This document shows positions 19,382-29,574 of a stretch of DNA of 64,000 nt, piece after piece. The position numbers and the translations under genes are program-made. Position 1 is the first letter of the stretch, and each line of letters begins with the position of its first letter. The stretch is taken from NCBI GenBank assembly GCA_016177405.1, contig JACOVG010000027.1, positions 14,733 to 78,732 of the forward strand, written 5' to 3'. The stretch is from Candidatus Omnitrophota bacterium. GTDB lineage: Bacteria > Omnitrophota > Gorgyraeia > 1-14-0-20-64-10. A model generated the notes under the pieces. That model did no database searches. It had not been told where the DNA came from and saw only the letters and a program-made list of their open reading frames with translations.

Positions 19382-20949
19382 AGCGGATTCGCAGGGCCCT
19401 GGTCAGCGTCTCCGACAAGGAGAACCTCATCCCCTTTGTGCAGGGCTTGAGGCGCTTAGGGGTACAGATCATCTCCACGGGCGGAACCGCCAAGCTTCTT
19501 AAGGACGCGGGGATCCCGGTCAAGGCGATCGCGGAATTCACCGGTTTTCCGGAGATCCTGACCGGACGGGTGAAGACCCTTCACCCCAAGGTGCACGGCG
19601 GCATCCTGATCAGCCGCGCCAACCGGCGGCATTTGGCCGAGGCCAAACGCCTGGGGCTTGAGCCGATCGACCTGGTGGTGGTGAACCTGTATCCCTTCGA
19701 GGAGACCGCCGCGCGGCCGGGCGTTTCTTGGGCGAAGCTCATCGAGCAGATCGACATCGGCGGGGTGGCCCTCATGCGCTCGGCGGCCAAGAACTTCTCT
19801 TCGGTCGGCGTGGTCACCGCTTCCTCCCAATATCAGGAGGTTTTAAGAGAGCTCAATCAGCGGGGGGGACAGCTCACCCACGCCACCCGGATGAGGCTCG
19901 CGGTGGAGGCCTTTTCCCAGTGCGCTTATTACGACGCGGTGATCCATCAGGTCTTGGCCCACCGACAGGGCCCCAGCCGCCGGAGCGATGGGCCTTCCTT
20001 GCTGGTCTTGGCCGCCAGAAAAAGGCAGACCCTGCGCTACGGGGAGAATCCGCATCAACCAGGTTTCTGGTACGAATGGCCCAGGCTCACCGGCGGGGCC
20101 CTTGGGATAAGCGGCGCCAGGCAATTGCACGGTAAGGAGCTTTCCTTCAACAACCTGCTGGACCTGGACGCGGCCCTCTCCATGGCGTCCGGATTCTCCA
20201 AGCCCACGGCCGCGGTGGTCAAGCACGCCAATCCCTGCGGGATCGCTTCGGCGGCCGCGCTTTCCCGGGCCGTGGCCAGGGCCTTCGCCACCGATCCGGT
20301 CTCCGCCTTCGGCGGGATTGTGGGGGTTAACCGGCGGGTTGACCCAGCCGCCGCGCGGGCCATCGCCGGAAGCGGCTTCTTGGAGTGCGTGGTCGCGCCG
20401 GGTTTCAAGCCGGAAGCCCTCCGGATTCTCACGGTGAAGAAGAATCTGCGCGTCCTGGAGGTCCCCGGATGGGGCAAGGCCCGGGGCCGGAACTGCGTGG
20501 ATTTCAAGCCCATCGGGGGAGGGCTCCTCGTCCAGGGGCCGGACCGAATCTTGAAACCTCCTTCCCGCTGGCGGGCCGCCACCTCGGCCAAGCCCACCGC
20601 CAGCCAGATGCGCGATCTCCTTTTTGCCTGGAGGGTTTCTCAACACGTCCGCTCCAACGCCATTGTGGTGGTCAAGGACGAAGCGACGGTTGGAATCGGG
20701 GCCGGCCAGCCGAGCCGGGTGGACAGCGTCCGGATCGCGCTGAAGAAGGCCGGCCGGCGGGCGCGGGGCGCGGTCTTGGCCAGCGACGGTTTCTTCCCCA
20801 AGCCGGACGGCCCGCGGCTTGCCGTCCGGGCGGGGATCGCGGCGATTGCGCAGCCGGGCGGCTCGATCCAGGATCCCGCGGTCATCCAGGCGGCGCAGCG
20901 GGCCCGCGTTCCCATGCTCATGACCGGAGAGCGCCACTTCCGCCATTAG
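19378..20949 (+). CDS. purH: bifunctional AICAR transformylase / IMP cyclohydrolase
   Basis: RRALVSVSDK, GRVKTLHP, LRYGENPHQ, QPGGSIQD, RHFRH; GTG start at 19378. Confidence 0.95.
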   Translation: MKRIRRALVSVSDKENLIPFVQGLRRLGVQIISTGGTAKLLKDAGIPVKAIAEFTGFPEILTGRVKTLHPKVHGGILISRANRRHLAEAKRLGLEPIDLVVVNLYPFEETAARPGVSWAKLIEQIDIGGVALMRSAAKNFSSVGVVTASSQYQEVLRELNQRGGQLTHATRMRLAVEAFSQCAYYDAVIHQVLAHRQGPSRRSDGPSLLVLAARKRQTLRYGENPHQPGFWYEWPRLTGGALGISGARQLHGKELSFNNLLDLDAALSMASGFSKPTAAVVKHANPCGIASAAALSRAVARAFATDPVSAFGGIVGVNRRVDPAAARAIAGSGFLECVVAPGFKPEALRILTVKKNLRVLEVPGWGKARGRNCVDFKPIGGGLLVQGPDRILKPPSRWRAATSAKPTASQMRDLLFAWRVSQHVRSNAIVVVKDEATVGIGAGQPSRVDSVRIALKKAGRRARGAVLASDGFFPKPDGPRLAVRAGIAAIAQPGGSIQDPAVIQAAQRARVPMLMTGERHFRH

Positions 20950-20951
20950 TT

Positions 20952-22319
20952 GTGACTTATCCTGAAGCGATTCAATACCTCAACACCCTGCCGAATTACG
21001 AACAGCTGACGGCCTACCGGTACGGGGAGGCCTTGGGGCTGGACCGGATCGAAAGCCTCCTTCGCGGGCTTGGGAATCCCCACAAGAATTTCGCCTCGCT
21101 TCATGTGGCGGGGACGAAGGGCAAGGGCTCCACCTGCGCCTTTGCCGCCTCGATCCTTCAGGCGCTGGGCCGGAGGGTCGGCCTCTACACCTCGCCGCAC
21201 CTCGCCTCGCTCCGGGAGCGGATTCAGGTGAATGGCCGGCCGGTCACGCCGGAGCGATTCGCCGAAACGGTCCAGGCCGTCATGCCCCGCATGCCAGGAA
21301 ATCTCACCTTCTTTGAAGCGACCACCGCCTGCGCCTTTCTCTATTTCGCGCGGGAGCGGGTGGAGGACGCCGTGATCGAAGTGGGTCTGGGCGGCCGCCT
21401 GGACGCCACGAACGTCATCGCCCCCGCGGTCAGCGTGGTCGCCCCGATCAGCCTGGACCACACGGACAAGCTGGGTTCCTCCCTGGGCGAGATCGCAGGG
21501 GAAAAGGCGGGAATCATCAAGCCGGGGACGCCCGTCGTTGTTTCGCGGCAGCCGAGGGAGGCTTCCCAGGTGATCGAGGCGGCGGCCCGGGCGCTTCAAG
21601 CCCCCGTGCACCGCTTGGAAGAAGAGATTCAGATTGAAGGGGTCCGCGTTTCCACCGCCGGCAGCCGGGTTTCCTTTCGGACGCCCCGCGCCTTTTACCC
21701 CGATCTGCTCATTCCCCTGCTGGGCCGCCACCAGATCGCGAACGCCGCCTTGGCCGTTCGGGCGGTTGAACTCGCCCGGCCCGAGGTGGAGGTGCCGAGG
21801 CTGCTGTCGGCGGTTCGCGAGGGATTGGCCGAAACCCGGTGGCCAGGGCGCTGTCAGCTCGTTCCGGGCTCGCCGCCTATTCTGCTGGATGGGGCGCAGA
21901 ATGGGGCCTCGGCCGAGGTGCTGGTGTCGGCGGTTCGGGAGCTCTTCCCGGGGCGCAGGGTGATTGGCGTCGTCGGGATTTCAGGGGATAAAGACATTGC
22001 GGGGATCGCCCGGGTTTGGGGCCCCTGGATGAGCGAGCTTATTCTGACCCGGGCGCAAGCGGCCCGCGCGGAATCTCCCGAGCGGTTGGCCGAGGCTTTT
22101 TCTCAATGGCACCCCAGGCCCCATCTTGCCGCTCGCGTGCCCGACGCCCTCGAGCTGGCCAGGGGCAGGTCCCGCCCAGACGATCTGATGGTGGTGGCCG
22201 GTTCTTTGTTCTTAGTCGGCGAAGCGCTGGAGGCCCTGGGGCGGTCTAGCGGCGGCGCCTTCGAAGCTTCCGGGTCAGAAAGAGGATCCCGCCCAGGGCT
22301 CCATACCCTACCTGGATGA
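20952..22319 (+). CDS. folC: folylpolyglutamate synthase / dihydrofolate synthase
   Basis: HVAGTKGKGS, YTSPHL, EVGLGGRLDATN, WPGR. Confidence 0.92.
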   Translation: MTYPEAIQYLNTLPNYEQLTAYRYGEALGLDRIESLLRGLGNPHKNFASLHVAGTKGKGSTCAFAASILQALGRRVGLYTSPHLASLRERIQVNGRPVTPERFAETVQAVMPRMPGNLTFFEATTACAFLYFARERVEDAVIEVGLGGRLDATNVIAPAVSVVAPISLDHTDKLGSSLGEIAGEKAGIIKPGTPVVVSRQPREASQVIEAAARALQAPVHRLEEEIQIEGVRVSTAGSRVSFRTPRAFYPDLLIPLLGRHQIANAALAVRAVELARPEVEVPRLLSAVREGLAETRWPGRCQLVPGSPPILLDGAQNGASAEVLVSAVRELFPGRRVIGVVGISGDKDIAGIARVWGPWMSELILTRAQAARAESPERLAEAFSQWHPRPHLAARVPDALELARGRSRPDDLMVVAGSLFLVGEALEALGRSSGGAFEASGSERGSRPGLHTLPG

Positions 22320-23193
22320 AGGCGCACACGAGAGACAAGGACAAGGCCCCTTCCGCGGATACCCCCACCCGGCCCATGAACAGGATCGTGGCCCCCTCCC
22401 GGATTCCCCAGCCGTTCAGGGAAACGGGAATCATCGCCACCGTCGAGATGATGGGAACGGTCAGCAGGAGGTAGACGGGCGGGATTCCGAGCTTCATGCC
22501 GGAAGAGACGGCCCAATAGGTTCCGGTCATCAGAAACTGAAGGCCCACCGACAGGCCAAACGCCGACAGCAGGATCTTCGGTTTGCGCCGGTACCGGACG
22601 ATCGATTCCTGAAACTGCGTGGTGTGGGCCGCCAGCGTGCCCAGGCCGATCTTCCCAAACGGCTTCAGGAAGGTTCGCAGCACCCGGCGGGAGCCCAGGA
22701 TGCCCACCGCGATTGCCATCGCCCCGCACAATCCCAGGAATCCCGCCCGAACGATCGGATCCTCCCGAGCGGCAGGGAAGGTGAACCAGGAGATTGACGC
22801 CAGCGTGACCAAACCCGCCATTCCGGCGAGGCGGTCCACCAGGATCGAAGCCAGGGAGTCCCGCCAGTTCCCCGTGACCTTGATCAGGTCGTAAGCCCGG
22901 AAGACGTCGCCGCCGATGGTGGTGGGCAGGAAGATGTTGAAGAAGTGGCTCACGAAGAAGGAATTGGCCAGGAAGGGCCAGCTCAAAAGGGGATGGGCGG
23001 GGACCAGGAGCTTCCAGCGGGTGACACACAGCAGCTCCGACACCCCGAACAGCAGCACCGCCGTGACGAGCCACCCCGGATGGATCGACCGGGACACCTC
23101 CCAAAGTCTCTGGACGTCCACCTCCCGGAAGATCCAGAGGAAGGCGCCGGCGGTGATCGCGGCCCGGACAACGAACGAGAGGATGGCGCGCAT
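22246..23193 (-). CDS. lysylphosphatidylglycerol synthase TM / flippase-like membrane protein
   Basis: FFNIFLPTTIGGD, PVSLNGWGIRE; multi-TM. Confidence 0.82.
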   Translation of the reverse strand: MRAILSFVVRAAITAGAFLWIFREVDVQRLWEVSRSIHPGWLVTAVLLFGVSELLCVTRWKLLVPAHPLLSWPFLANSFFVSHFFNIFLPTTIGGDVFRAYDLIKVTGNWRDSLASILVDRLAGMAGLVTLASISWFTFPAAREDPIVRAGFLGLCGAMAIAVGILGSRRVLRTFLKPFGKIGLGTLAAHTTQFQESIVRYRRKPKILLSAFGLSVGLQFLMTGTYWAVSSGMKLGIPPVYLLLTVPIISTVAMIPVSLNGWGIREGATILFMGRVGVSAEGALSLSLVCAFIQVGYGALGGILFLTRKLRRRRR

Positions 23194-23978
23194 CAGGGGG
23201 TCTGGTTGATGTAGTCGTCGAACTGGATCTGTCCGGTGGCCTCCGAGCGGACCTCCCGGAGCCGCTGGCCGAAATAGGGATGGGTTCTGAAGTAGGAGAA
23301 TCTGCGCGGGGCCTGCCGGAAGGTGTGCTCTTTAAGCCGCGTCAGGAAGTCCACCCCCGCCAGGGGCGCGTATCCGGCCCGCTTGAGATAGCGCGTGCCC
23401 AGGCGGTCGGCCTCCAGCTCGTCGGCCTGGGAATAGGCCAGCAGCAGCGAAGCAAAGGCCAGGTCCATGCCGGCTTGGGTCCTGGCATCGGCCGACCCGG
23501 TGCTGGCGGTCAGCACCTGCAGAAGCTGCAGCCCCATGGCCCCCTGGATCCTCTTCACCACGTGTTTGGCGGCCACGTGCCCGATCTCATGGCCCAAGAC
23601 CGAGGCCAGCTCATCGTCGGATTTGGCCATCTCCATGAGCCCGGAGGTGACGTAGATGATCCCTCCCGGCAGGGCAAAGGCGTTGGGCTCCTTCTCCTCG
23701 ACGATGTGGAAGCGGTAGACCAAGTCCTTCCGGTCGCTCTGGGCCGCCACCCGGGCGGAGGTCTTATCCAACCGGGCCAAAAGCTCCGGATCGTGGACGA
23801 GCTTATACTCCTGCTCCACCCTCTTGGCCACCGCCTCCCCCATCTGGACCTCCCGCTCGGTGTTGAAGAAAAGGGTTTCGCTCTTGTCGGTGGCCACGTT
23901 GTAGCTCGTGGCGCAGCCCGAAAAAACAGCGGTAAGCAGTAGATGGTAAGCAGTAGGCAATAAGGAAAACCGTTTCAT
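23193..23978 (-). CDS. M48-family Zn metallopeptidase, lipoprotein
   Basis: Lipobox FSGC, PNAFALPGG, HEIGH, ELEAD, THP. Confidence 0.88.
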   Translation of the reverse strand: MKRFSLLPTAYHLLLTAVFSGCATSYNVATDKSETLFFNTEREVQMGEAVAKRVEQEYKLVHDPELLARLDKTSARVAAQSDRKDLVYRFHIVEEKEPNAFALPGGIIYVTSGLMEMAKSDDELASVLGHEIGHVAAKHVVKRIQGAMGLQLLQVLTASTGSADARTQAGMDLAFASLLLAYSQADELEADRLGTRYLKRAGYAPLAGVDFLTRLKEHTFRQAPRRFSYFRTHPYFGQRLREVRSEATGQIQFDDYINQTP

Positions 23979-24117
23979 CCCGTCTAGTTTCCCACAGATG
24001 CCAGGTGCCCGCAAGACCCCAGGTCGCGAAACACGTTAATAGGAATAGAAATCTCGTGTACACACTTGATTATTTCGAGGGCATCAGGTAGGCTTTTTGT
24101 ATGGGTCGAATTCCGCC

Positions 24118-27105
24118 ATGAGGCCAAACCCGCGATTCTTCTTAGCAAGATTTTTCGCCCCTTTGCTCTCGCTGGGGCTTGCCCTGCCCGATGTCTCTTT
24201 CGCACTTCGGCAGAACATCGAGGGTACCACCCAAGCTGGCTTAGAGGAGGCCCTTCGGCCCATTGTTGCCGCCGGCTTGGAGGAGGAGAGGAGACTGTCG
24301 GAGGCCTTGGAGGGGGCGGCTTTCCAAGGAGGGGCGCGTCTCATGAAGGACATCATCCGGTGGGCCGAAAAAGATCTGGCGGCAGCCGAAGCGGCAACCG
24401 CCGGTTTTTACGAGTTTTCTCAAGCGCGGCTCCCGGATTCGGTCGGCCAAGACAGTAATGGATCAGGCCATCTTATCGCCAGGTTTCTGCGGCTCGCCCA
24501 AAGAGCTCCCACCAGCCCTCCTCCAGCCTGGCCTCGGGCGGGGCCGAGTCAGGAAGAGTCCGCCGGGTCTGACGGAAGGCAAAAAAGCCGTCTCCTGAAG
24601 GCGCCCAAAAGCTATTTCCCCTGGGCCGGCCCCAAGGAGTTTCAGGCAGGCATGAAGGCCGCCCGGGAACGGTTGGCCACAGCGGGGACGGATGAGGAAG
24701 AGGAAAAGGATCCCCCCAGCAAAGAGGAGATCAAGCGGCTGGAAGGGCCCCTCCACCAAGGGCTTCACGCTGAAAACATCCTCCGAGACTATTCGCGCCT
24801 TGTTCAGGAGGCGGAGGATCTGCTGGTCCGGCTTCACCACAGGCTTATCCTCGCTTGCATGAAGGATAAAGGGATTACGCGCGACAGGGATCATCAAATC
24901 TTTGAGGATGTACGCCAAGGCGGCTACCTGGCCTTGCTAAACGCGATTCGGAACTACAATCCCAATCAAGGAACCGCCTTTTCCACCTATGCCTACCAGG
25001 CCATCCGCCGGGAGATCCACGACACCCTTCAGGCGATGTCCAGAAGACTTAGAATTCAGCCGGACGATCTGGAACTCTTTTTCAAGACCGCCCAAGAGCT
25101 GGAGAAGAAGCAGGGGATAGAGCCAGGGCCCGAGGAGATCGCGGAGGTCTTAGAGAAAGAATCCTCTTGGGCCGAGGCGATCTCCCATTGGAGGCAAAAC
25201 CCAGACTCCCTCAACCGGCCGGTAGGCGACGCCCAGCTTCTTGATCTCATCGAGCCCGAACCATTGGAGCCAGAATGGGAGGAAATCGAAGAGGAGAAGC
25301 GCGGCGTCCGTAAGGTTCTTGAGGCGGTGCGCCGCGAGAGCCCCGATGGCAGGCGAGACGCGCTGGTCCTCAAACTTTATTATGAGCTGGGAACCAGGAA
25401 TGGCCCTTACACACAGGAGTGGATCGCCAAGAGAACGGGGATCACCCCTCAACGGGTCAGCCAGATTATCCAGGATGGCATCCAGACGGCCCAAGAGCGT
25501 CTTGAGCTGACCCGTGAAGGGCGCGTGGAACCGATTCGTCCCGAGGCCCCCGGCCCCGCCGCGGGGGTTGCTTCCGGCGACGGCCGGGACAACGATGCCG
25601 ATGTCTATCTGATCGACGTGATGGGGATTCCGTACACGAGCCCCCTCTTTGAGCCGCTAAGCCGGCTTAAGAGGAGAGATCTCGAGAAGATCCAAGGGGC
25701 GCTGTCGGCCCATAGGCCCTTTCCCCTTAAGATCAAGCCAGGGGAATCTTTCCCGCGGCGCTTGACGCGGATCCGCCAATTTTACGGCCTGACCTCCAAG
25801 GCGGCAGCCCAAGGGGCAGGGGTGAGCGCGACAACCTACTCCGCCTGGGAGAACGGGCGCCAGTTGCCCAAGGGAGATTCTCTCAAGCGGCTGGCCCGCT
25901 TCTATGCTGAAGCCTACCGTCTCCATCCGGACGCGGTTCAGAGATACTTGGGGATGAGATCTCCTTGGTCGGTCTTAAGAAAGCTGAAGGGCAAGCCCTC
26001 GCGGCTGATCCTGAAGGGTCTGCGGGTTTCACAGTGGCACTCCGCCGAGGGATTCGCCAGGGCCGCGCTGCCCGGGATGAATCCAAAGAGCTACGTCTTA
26101 TGGGAGAAGGGAAGGAACGTCCCGCCGCTGGCCTTCTTGAGAAGGATCGTCTCCTTTTACGTGAGAGAGCGGGGTTTTCCCCAGCGCTCCCTGGAGAGGA
26201 CCCTTGGGATTCCAAGCCCCAAAGAGGTTCTTAAGGAGTTGAAGGGCAGGCCCCTGCCTGAAATACTGCGCGGCCTGCGCGAGTCGGTTCCCCTGACCAT
26301 CGCCGAACTGGCCTCTTTGGCAAAGATCGGCCCCAGAACCGTCACCCGGTGGGAAAAGGGCGAAGTGGTTCCCCTGCCGGCCAATCTTCGGAAGCCGGCG
26401 GAGGTTTATGCGCGGGGGGGTCATTTTCCAGAGAAAGAGCTCTTGGCCCTTTTGGATATCCCTTCGACAGAGCTGTTTCTTCAAGAGATCGCCTCTCGCC
26501 GGGGCGATGGGCCCAAGCTTCTTGATTCGCTGGAACACTACCTCGGCCTTTCCCAGTCTGGGATGGCCCGCCTGGTCGGTGTCGAGAAATCAACCTATCG
26601 GTTTTGGAAGCAAGGGAGGATAAAGCCGCCTCTTTCCCGGCGCTATCAAATGGTTGCGCGCCTCGCTGAAGAGGGCCGCCTTCCTGTCGAGCCCCTCCGA
26701 GAGGCCTTTGGCCTGGATGGGCCCGAGAAGACGTTGAGCCGTTTAAGAAGCATGCCGTTTCCGAAGGCCCTCCGGCACCTTCGCTGGGTGTACGGCATCG
26801 GAATGTCGAAGGTCGCCGGCCGCCTCGGTGTTTCTCGGTTTACCTACCGAGGACTGGAAAAGAGGGGGACCTTGCCGGCCCGATATCTTCCGACGCTGGC
26901 CGCTTATTACAGCGGTCTGGATGGCCTGCCTTCGCCCAAGCTCTTGGCTGCCCTTGAGGCCGGCCGTCAAAGGTGGCAGTCGGCTGATCGTGTCCGCAGG
27001 ATGGCGGCCGCCCCCGCCGCGCTCTCCGGCGCGGGGCTGGAGGAGGGTCTTTCGGAGCGGCTTCAGAGAGAACGCGGGACCGCCTGGCTCGGCGGGCAGG
27101 CATAG
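24118..27105 (+). CDS. GLEE-module exported protein: signal peptide, sigma-70 regions 2-4, five XRE-HTH repeats
   Basis: Hydrophobic leader ending SFA|LR; AGLEE x3; YNPNQGTAFSTYA (region 2), EPGPEEIAEVL (region 3), TQEWIAKRTGITPQRVSQI (region 4); five HTH repeats ending in WENG/WEKG-like motifs. Confidence 0.8.
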   Translation: MRPNPRFFLARFFAPLLSLGLALPDVSFALRQNIEGTTQAGLEEALRPIVAAGLEEERRLSEALEGAAFQGGARLMKDIIRWAEKDLAAAEAATAGFYEFSQARLPDSVGQDSNGSGHLIARFLRLAQRAPTSPPPAWPRAGPSQEESAGSDGRQKSRLLKAPKSYFPWAGPKEFQAGMKAARERLATAGTDEEEEKDPPSKEEIKRLEGPLHQGLHAENILRDYSRLVQEAEDLLVRLHHRLILACMKDKGITRDRDHQIFEDVRQGGYLALLNAIRNYNPNQGTAFSTYAYQAIRREIHDTLQAMSRRLRIQPDDLELFFKTAQELEKKQGIEPGPEEIAEVLEKESSWAEAISHWRQNPDSLNRPVGDAQLLDLIEPEPLEPEWEEIEEEKRGVRKVLEAVRRESPDGRRDALVLKLYYELGTRNGPYTQEWIAKRTGITPQRVSQIIQDGIQTAQERLELTREGRVEPIRPEAPGPAAGVASGDGRDNDADVYLIDVMGIPYTSPLFEPLSRLKRRDLEKIQGALSAHRPFPLKIKPGESFPRRLTRIRQFYGLTSKAAAQGAGVSATTYSAWENGRQLPKGDSLKRLARFYAEAYRLHPDAVQRYLGMRSPWSVLRKLKGKPSRLILKGLRVSQWHSAEGFARAALPGMNPKSYVLWEKGRNVPPLAFLRRIVSFYVRERGFPQRSLERTLGIPSPKEVLKELKGRPLPEILRGLRESVPLTIAELASLAKIGPRTVTRWEKGEVVPLPANLRKPAEVYARGGHFPEKELLALLDIPSTELFLQEIASRRGDGPKLLDSLEHYLGLSQSGMARLVGVEKSTYRFWKQGRIKPPLSRRYQMVARLAEEGRLPVEPLREAFGLDGPEKTLSRLRSMPFPKALRHLRWVYGIGMSKVAGRLGVSRFTYRGLEKRGTLPARYLPTLAAYYSGLDGLPSPKLLAALEAGRQRWQSADRVRRMAAAPAALSGAGLEEGLSERLQRERGTAWLGGQA

Positions 27106-27189
27106 GGGCGGATTTTTTTGTCTTGGGAATTAATTTATATGCAAAATATTTATTGATTTATAACTATCGGTGTGTTAAGCTTCCTCCCC

Positions 27190-27752
27190 ATGATGAAAAG
27201 AGAAAAACACAAGCCACTTCCAACAGCGCAAGTCGCGCAGAGGATCCTTTTCATCCGCGGGCAGAGGGTGATGCTGGACAGCGACCTAGCGGTCCTTTAT
27301 GGAGTTGAGACCAAAGTCCTTAATCGAGCGGTGAGGCGGAATGAAGCCCGCTTTCCTGCAGATTTTATGCTCCAACTCACCCAAGAGGAATACAGATTTT
27401 TGAGGTACCAATTTGGCACCTCAAACTTGAGGTCACAAATTGTGACCGCAAGTTCCAGGCACGGCGGGAGACGCTATCTGCCCTTGCTTTCACCGAGCAA
27501 GGCGTCGCTATGCTCTCAAGCGTTTTGAATAGTGAGCGAGCAATTCAAGTGAACATCTCCATCCTACGGGCTTTCGTGAGGCTGCGAAGGCTCTTGGCCG
27601 CCCACAGGGGGCTTGCCAGAAAGCTGGAGGAGATGGAGAGAAAATACGACGCCCAATTCAAGGCGGTGTTTGACGCGATCCGACAGCTTATGGCGCCGCC
27701 GAAAGAATCCCGCCGGAAGATTGGGTTTCATACCCAAGGGTGCAGGGCTTGA
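27190..27752 (+). pseudogene. ORF6N-domain protein split by a single-base frameshift near 27484
   Basis: [13 protein letters not shown]...RYLP, then [14 protein letters not shown] continues in another frame; intact paralog at 29615. Confidence 0.75.
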
Positions 27753-27781
27753 ACCCGGCTCCCCTTACAAAGGAGAAGACG

Positions 27782-28078
27782 ATGACGAAAACGGTTGAGT
27801 TGTCGGTGGTGAGGCTAAACAAGTTCGAAGGGGAAGGGACCGCCAGGGCCTTTTGCGATGTGGCGGTTGCGCAGTCGTTTCTCATCAAGGGAGTGAAGGT
27901 GATCGAGGGAAAGAAGGGGTTATTCGTCAGCATGCCGCGCGAGCAGGGCAAGGACGGCCAGTGGTACGACACCGTGATTCCCTTGTCCAAGGAAGCTCGC
28001 CAGGAGATCTCCGAGGTGGTCTTGGAGGCCTACCGGTCGGGCGCCCAGGCGCCGGCGCAGGCCCCGGCAGGGGAATAG
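27782..28078 (+). CDS. spoVG: SpoVG-family nucleic-acid-binding protein
   Basis: AAGGAG before ATG; IKGVKVIEGKKGLFVSMP motif. Confidence 0.88.
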   Translation: MTKTVELSVVRLNKFEGEGTARAFCDVAVAQSFLIKGVKVIEGKKGLFVSMPREQGKDGQWYDTVIPLSKEARQEISEVVLEAYRSGAQAPAQAPAGE

Positions 28079-28267
28079 AGGAAAAGAGGATACAGGATGG
28101 GGCGGCCGCTCCCCGCGGCTGCCCTCCCCTTCCCATGAAAGAAGCCGTTCTCACGGAGCAGATAGATCCCCGGATCTTGTTGATCCGCTTGGCGCTCAAA
28201 ACTTGAGATCGCATTGGCTACAGTCTGAGGAGATGGGGTCTAGGGGATGATATAATTTCAGCGACGG

Positions 28268-29521
28268 ATGCGACTCTCCCAATGCCCTGGCAAAGTCTTC
28301 AGCGTGAGGGTTGTTGCCACTTTTCTGGCCCTGAGCCCCATTCTGTCTGCGCCCGCCCTTGCCCTGCGTGACCCAGAAGCGCGAGAGAAGAAGCCGGAGG
28401 TTCTGGGTGGTCTGGAGGAGGTTCTTCGCGGCGATCCCACTACTTCTGCAACGGCTCCTTCCGCGGCTGTCTCCCTAAGCTCCGCCGCCGGGCTGGAGGA
28501 GGGGTATCGGGTGGTACCTGTGACGGAAGAGTACGCCCTGCGGCACGCGGAGGAGTTGGCGGCCATCGATGCGGGGGATCCCGTGTGGAAGAAGGAAGGG
28601 CGTTGGGGTCCGGAGCGTTTCGCCACGGACGTGCGGCCTACCACGGGGACGCGGCTACAGGGTCTTTGGAAGTTCAGCTTCGTTGCGGAGGATGTTTCGG
28701 GGATTCCCGTGGCCTATATCTACGCAGCCGATGGCCAGCCGGACATCCCCGTGACCGCAAGGTACCGCGGGGCGTTTATCGCCCGGGTGAGTGTACGGCC
28801 GAACCAACAGGGACGCAGATTGGGCCCGCGTCTTCTGTTGGCCGTCGCCCGCGCGGCGAAGGAAGCTGACGTAGGTCCCTACGTGACGCTGGAAACGGAC
28901 AAGGAGAACACCCGCGCCCGCCATGTGTACGAGTCACTGGGTTTTCGGAGCGTCGGGGAACGGCTTGAAGAAAAGAAGGGAGTTACTTTCATCGAGTACG
29001 CTGTTCTTGTAGAAAACCTCATCCAGCGCGCGGAGGAGAAGCTCGCCGCCGGCCTGGAGGAGTGGGTGCCGAGGTGGCTGAAGGGACTGGCGACGCCTGA
29101 GGAGTTGGAGCATTGGATTCATCATGGGCACGAAGCCCTGGCGGGGTCTCCGTCGGTGGCGGTGCTGTTTGATCCGGGCTTGGTGCCTGGGAGGGACGAC
29201 GGGGATCGGGAGCTGTTGCTGCTCGAACTGGAGGGACAGATGCGGTCGGTGTTTGCCTTGCCGGAAGAGGTACGGTTCCGGATTGGACTGCGGGGGGCGA
29301 AGGCGGATTGGGAAAGAGAATTCCGGATTATCGAGGTGGTGCGGCATCCGGAAGGCAGGCCGGAGGCCCCTCCCCTTCCGATGGGTGCGTTGCCGTTGGT
29401 GGTTGCGGAGGCGCTGGCCTCTCCCCACCCGCGGTTCTATACCGACCCGCTGATTTACGCCGATTTGACGGAGCTTACCCTGCCGCAGGCCCTGACGGAC
29501 CTGACGGATCTGTTCGCCTGA
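28268..29521 (+). CDS. GLEE-module exported protein: signal peptide, GNAT acetyltransferase, shared C-terminal domain
   Basis: Leader ending ALA|LR; GGLEE, AGLEE, AGLEE; VSVRPNQQGRRLG...NTRARHVYESLGF (GNAT); C-terminus homologous to that of the 37725 ORF. Confidence 0.8.
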   Translation: MRLSQCPGKVFSVRVVATFLALSPILSAPALALRDPEAREKKPEVLGGLEEVLRGDPTTSATAPSAAVSLSSAAGLEEGYRVVPVTEEYALRHAEELAAIDAGDPVWKKEGRWGPERFATDVRPTTGTRLQGLWKFSFVAEDVSGIPVAYIYAADGQPDIPVTARYRGAFIARVSVRPNQQGRRLGPRLLLAVARAAKEADVGPYVTLETDKENTRARHVYESLGFRSVGERLEEKKGVTFIEYAVLVENLIQRAEEKLAAGLEEWVPRWLKGLATPEELEHWIHHGHEALAGSPSVAVLFDPGLVPGRDDGDRELLLLELEGQMRSVFALPEEVRFRIGLRGAKADWEREFRIIEVVRHPEGRPEAPPLPMGALPLVVAEALASPHPRFYTDPLIYADLTELTLPQALTDLTDLFA

Positions 29522-29574
29522 GCTGGGCCGCGTTTTTATCCCCCTCGCTATTTGCTTTATTGATAAAATATTTG

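Noticed and set aside
28099-28124. GC-rich hairpin after spoVG
   Set aside because: No U-tract follows, so it cannot be supported as an intrinsic terminator.
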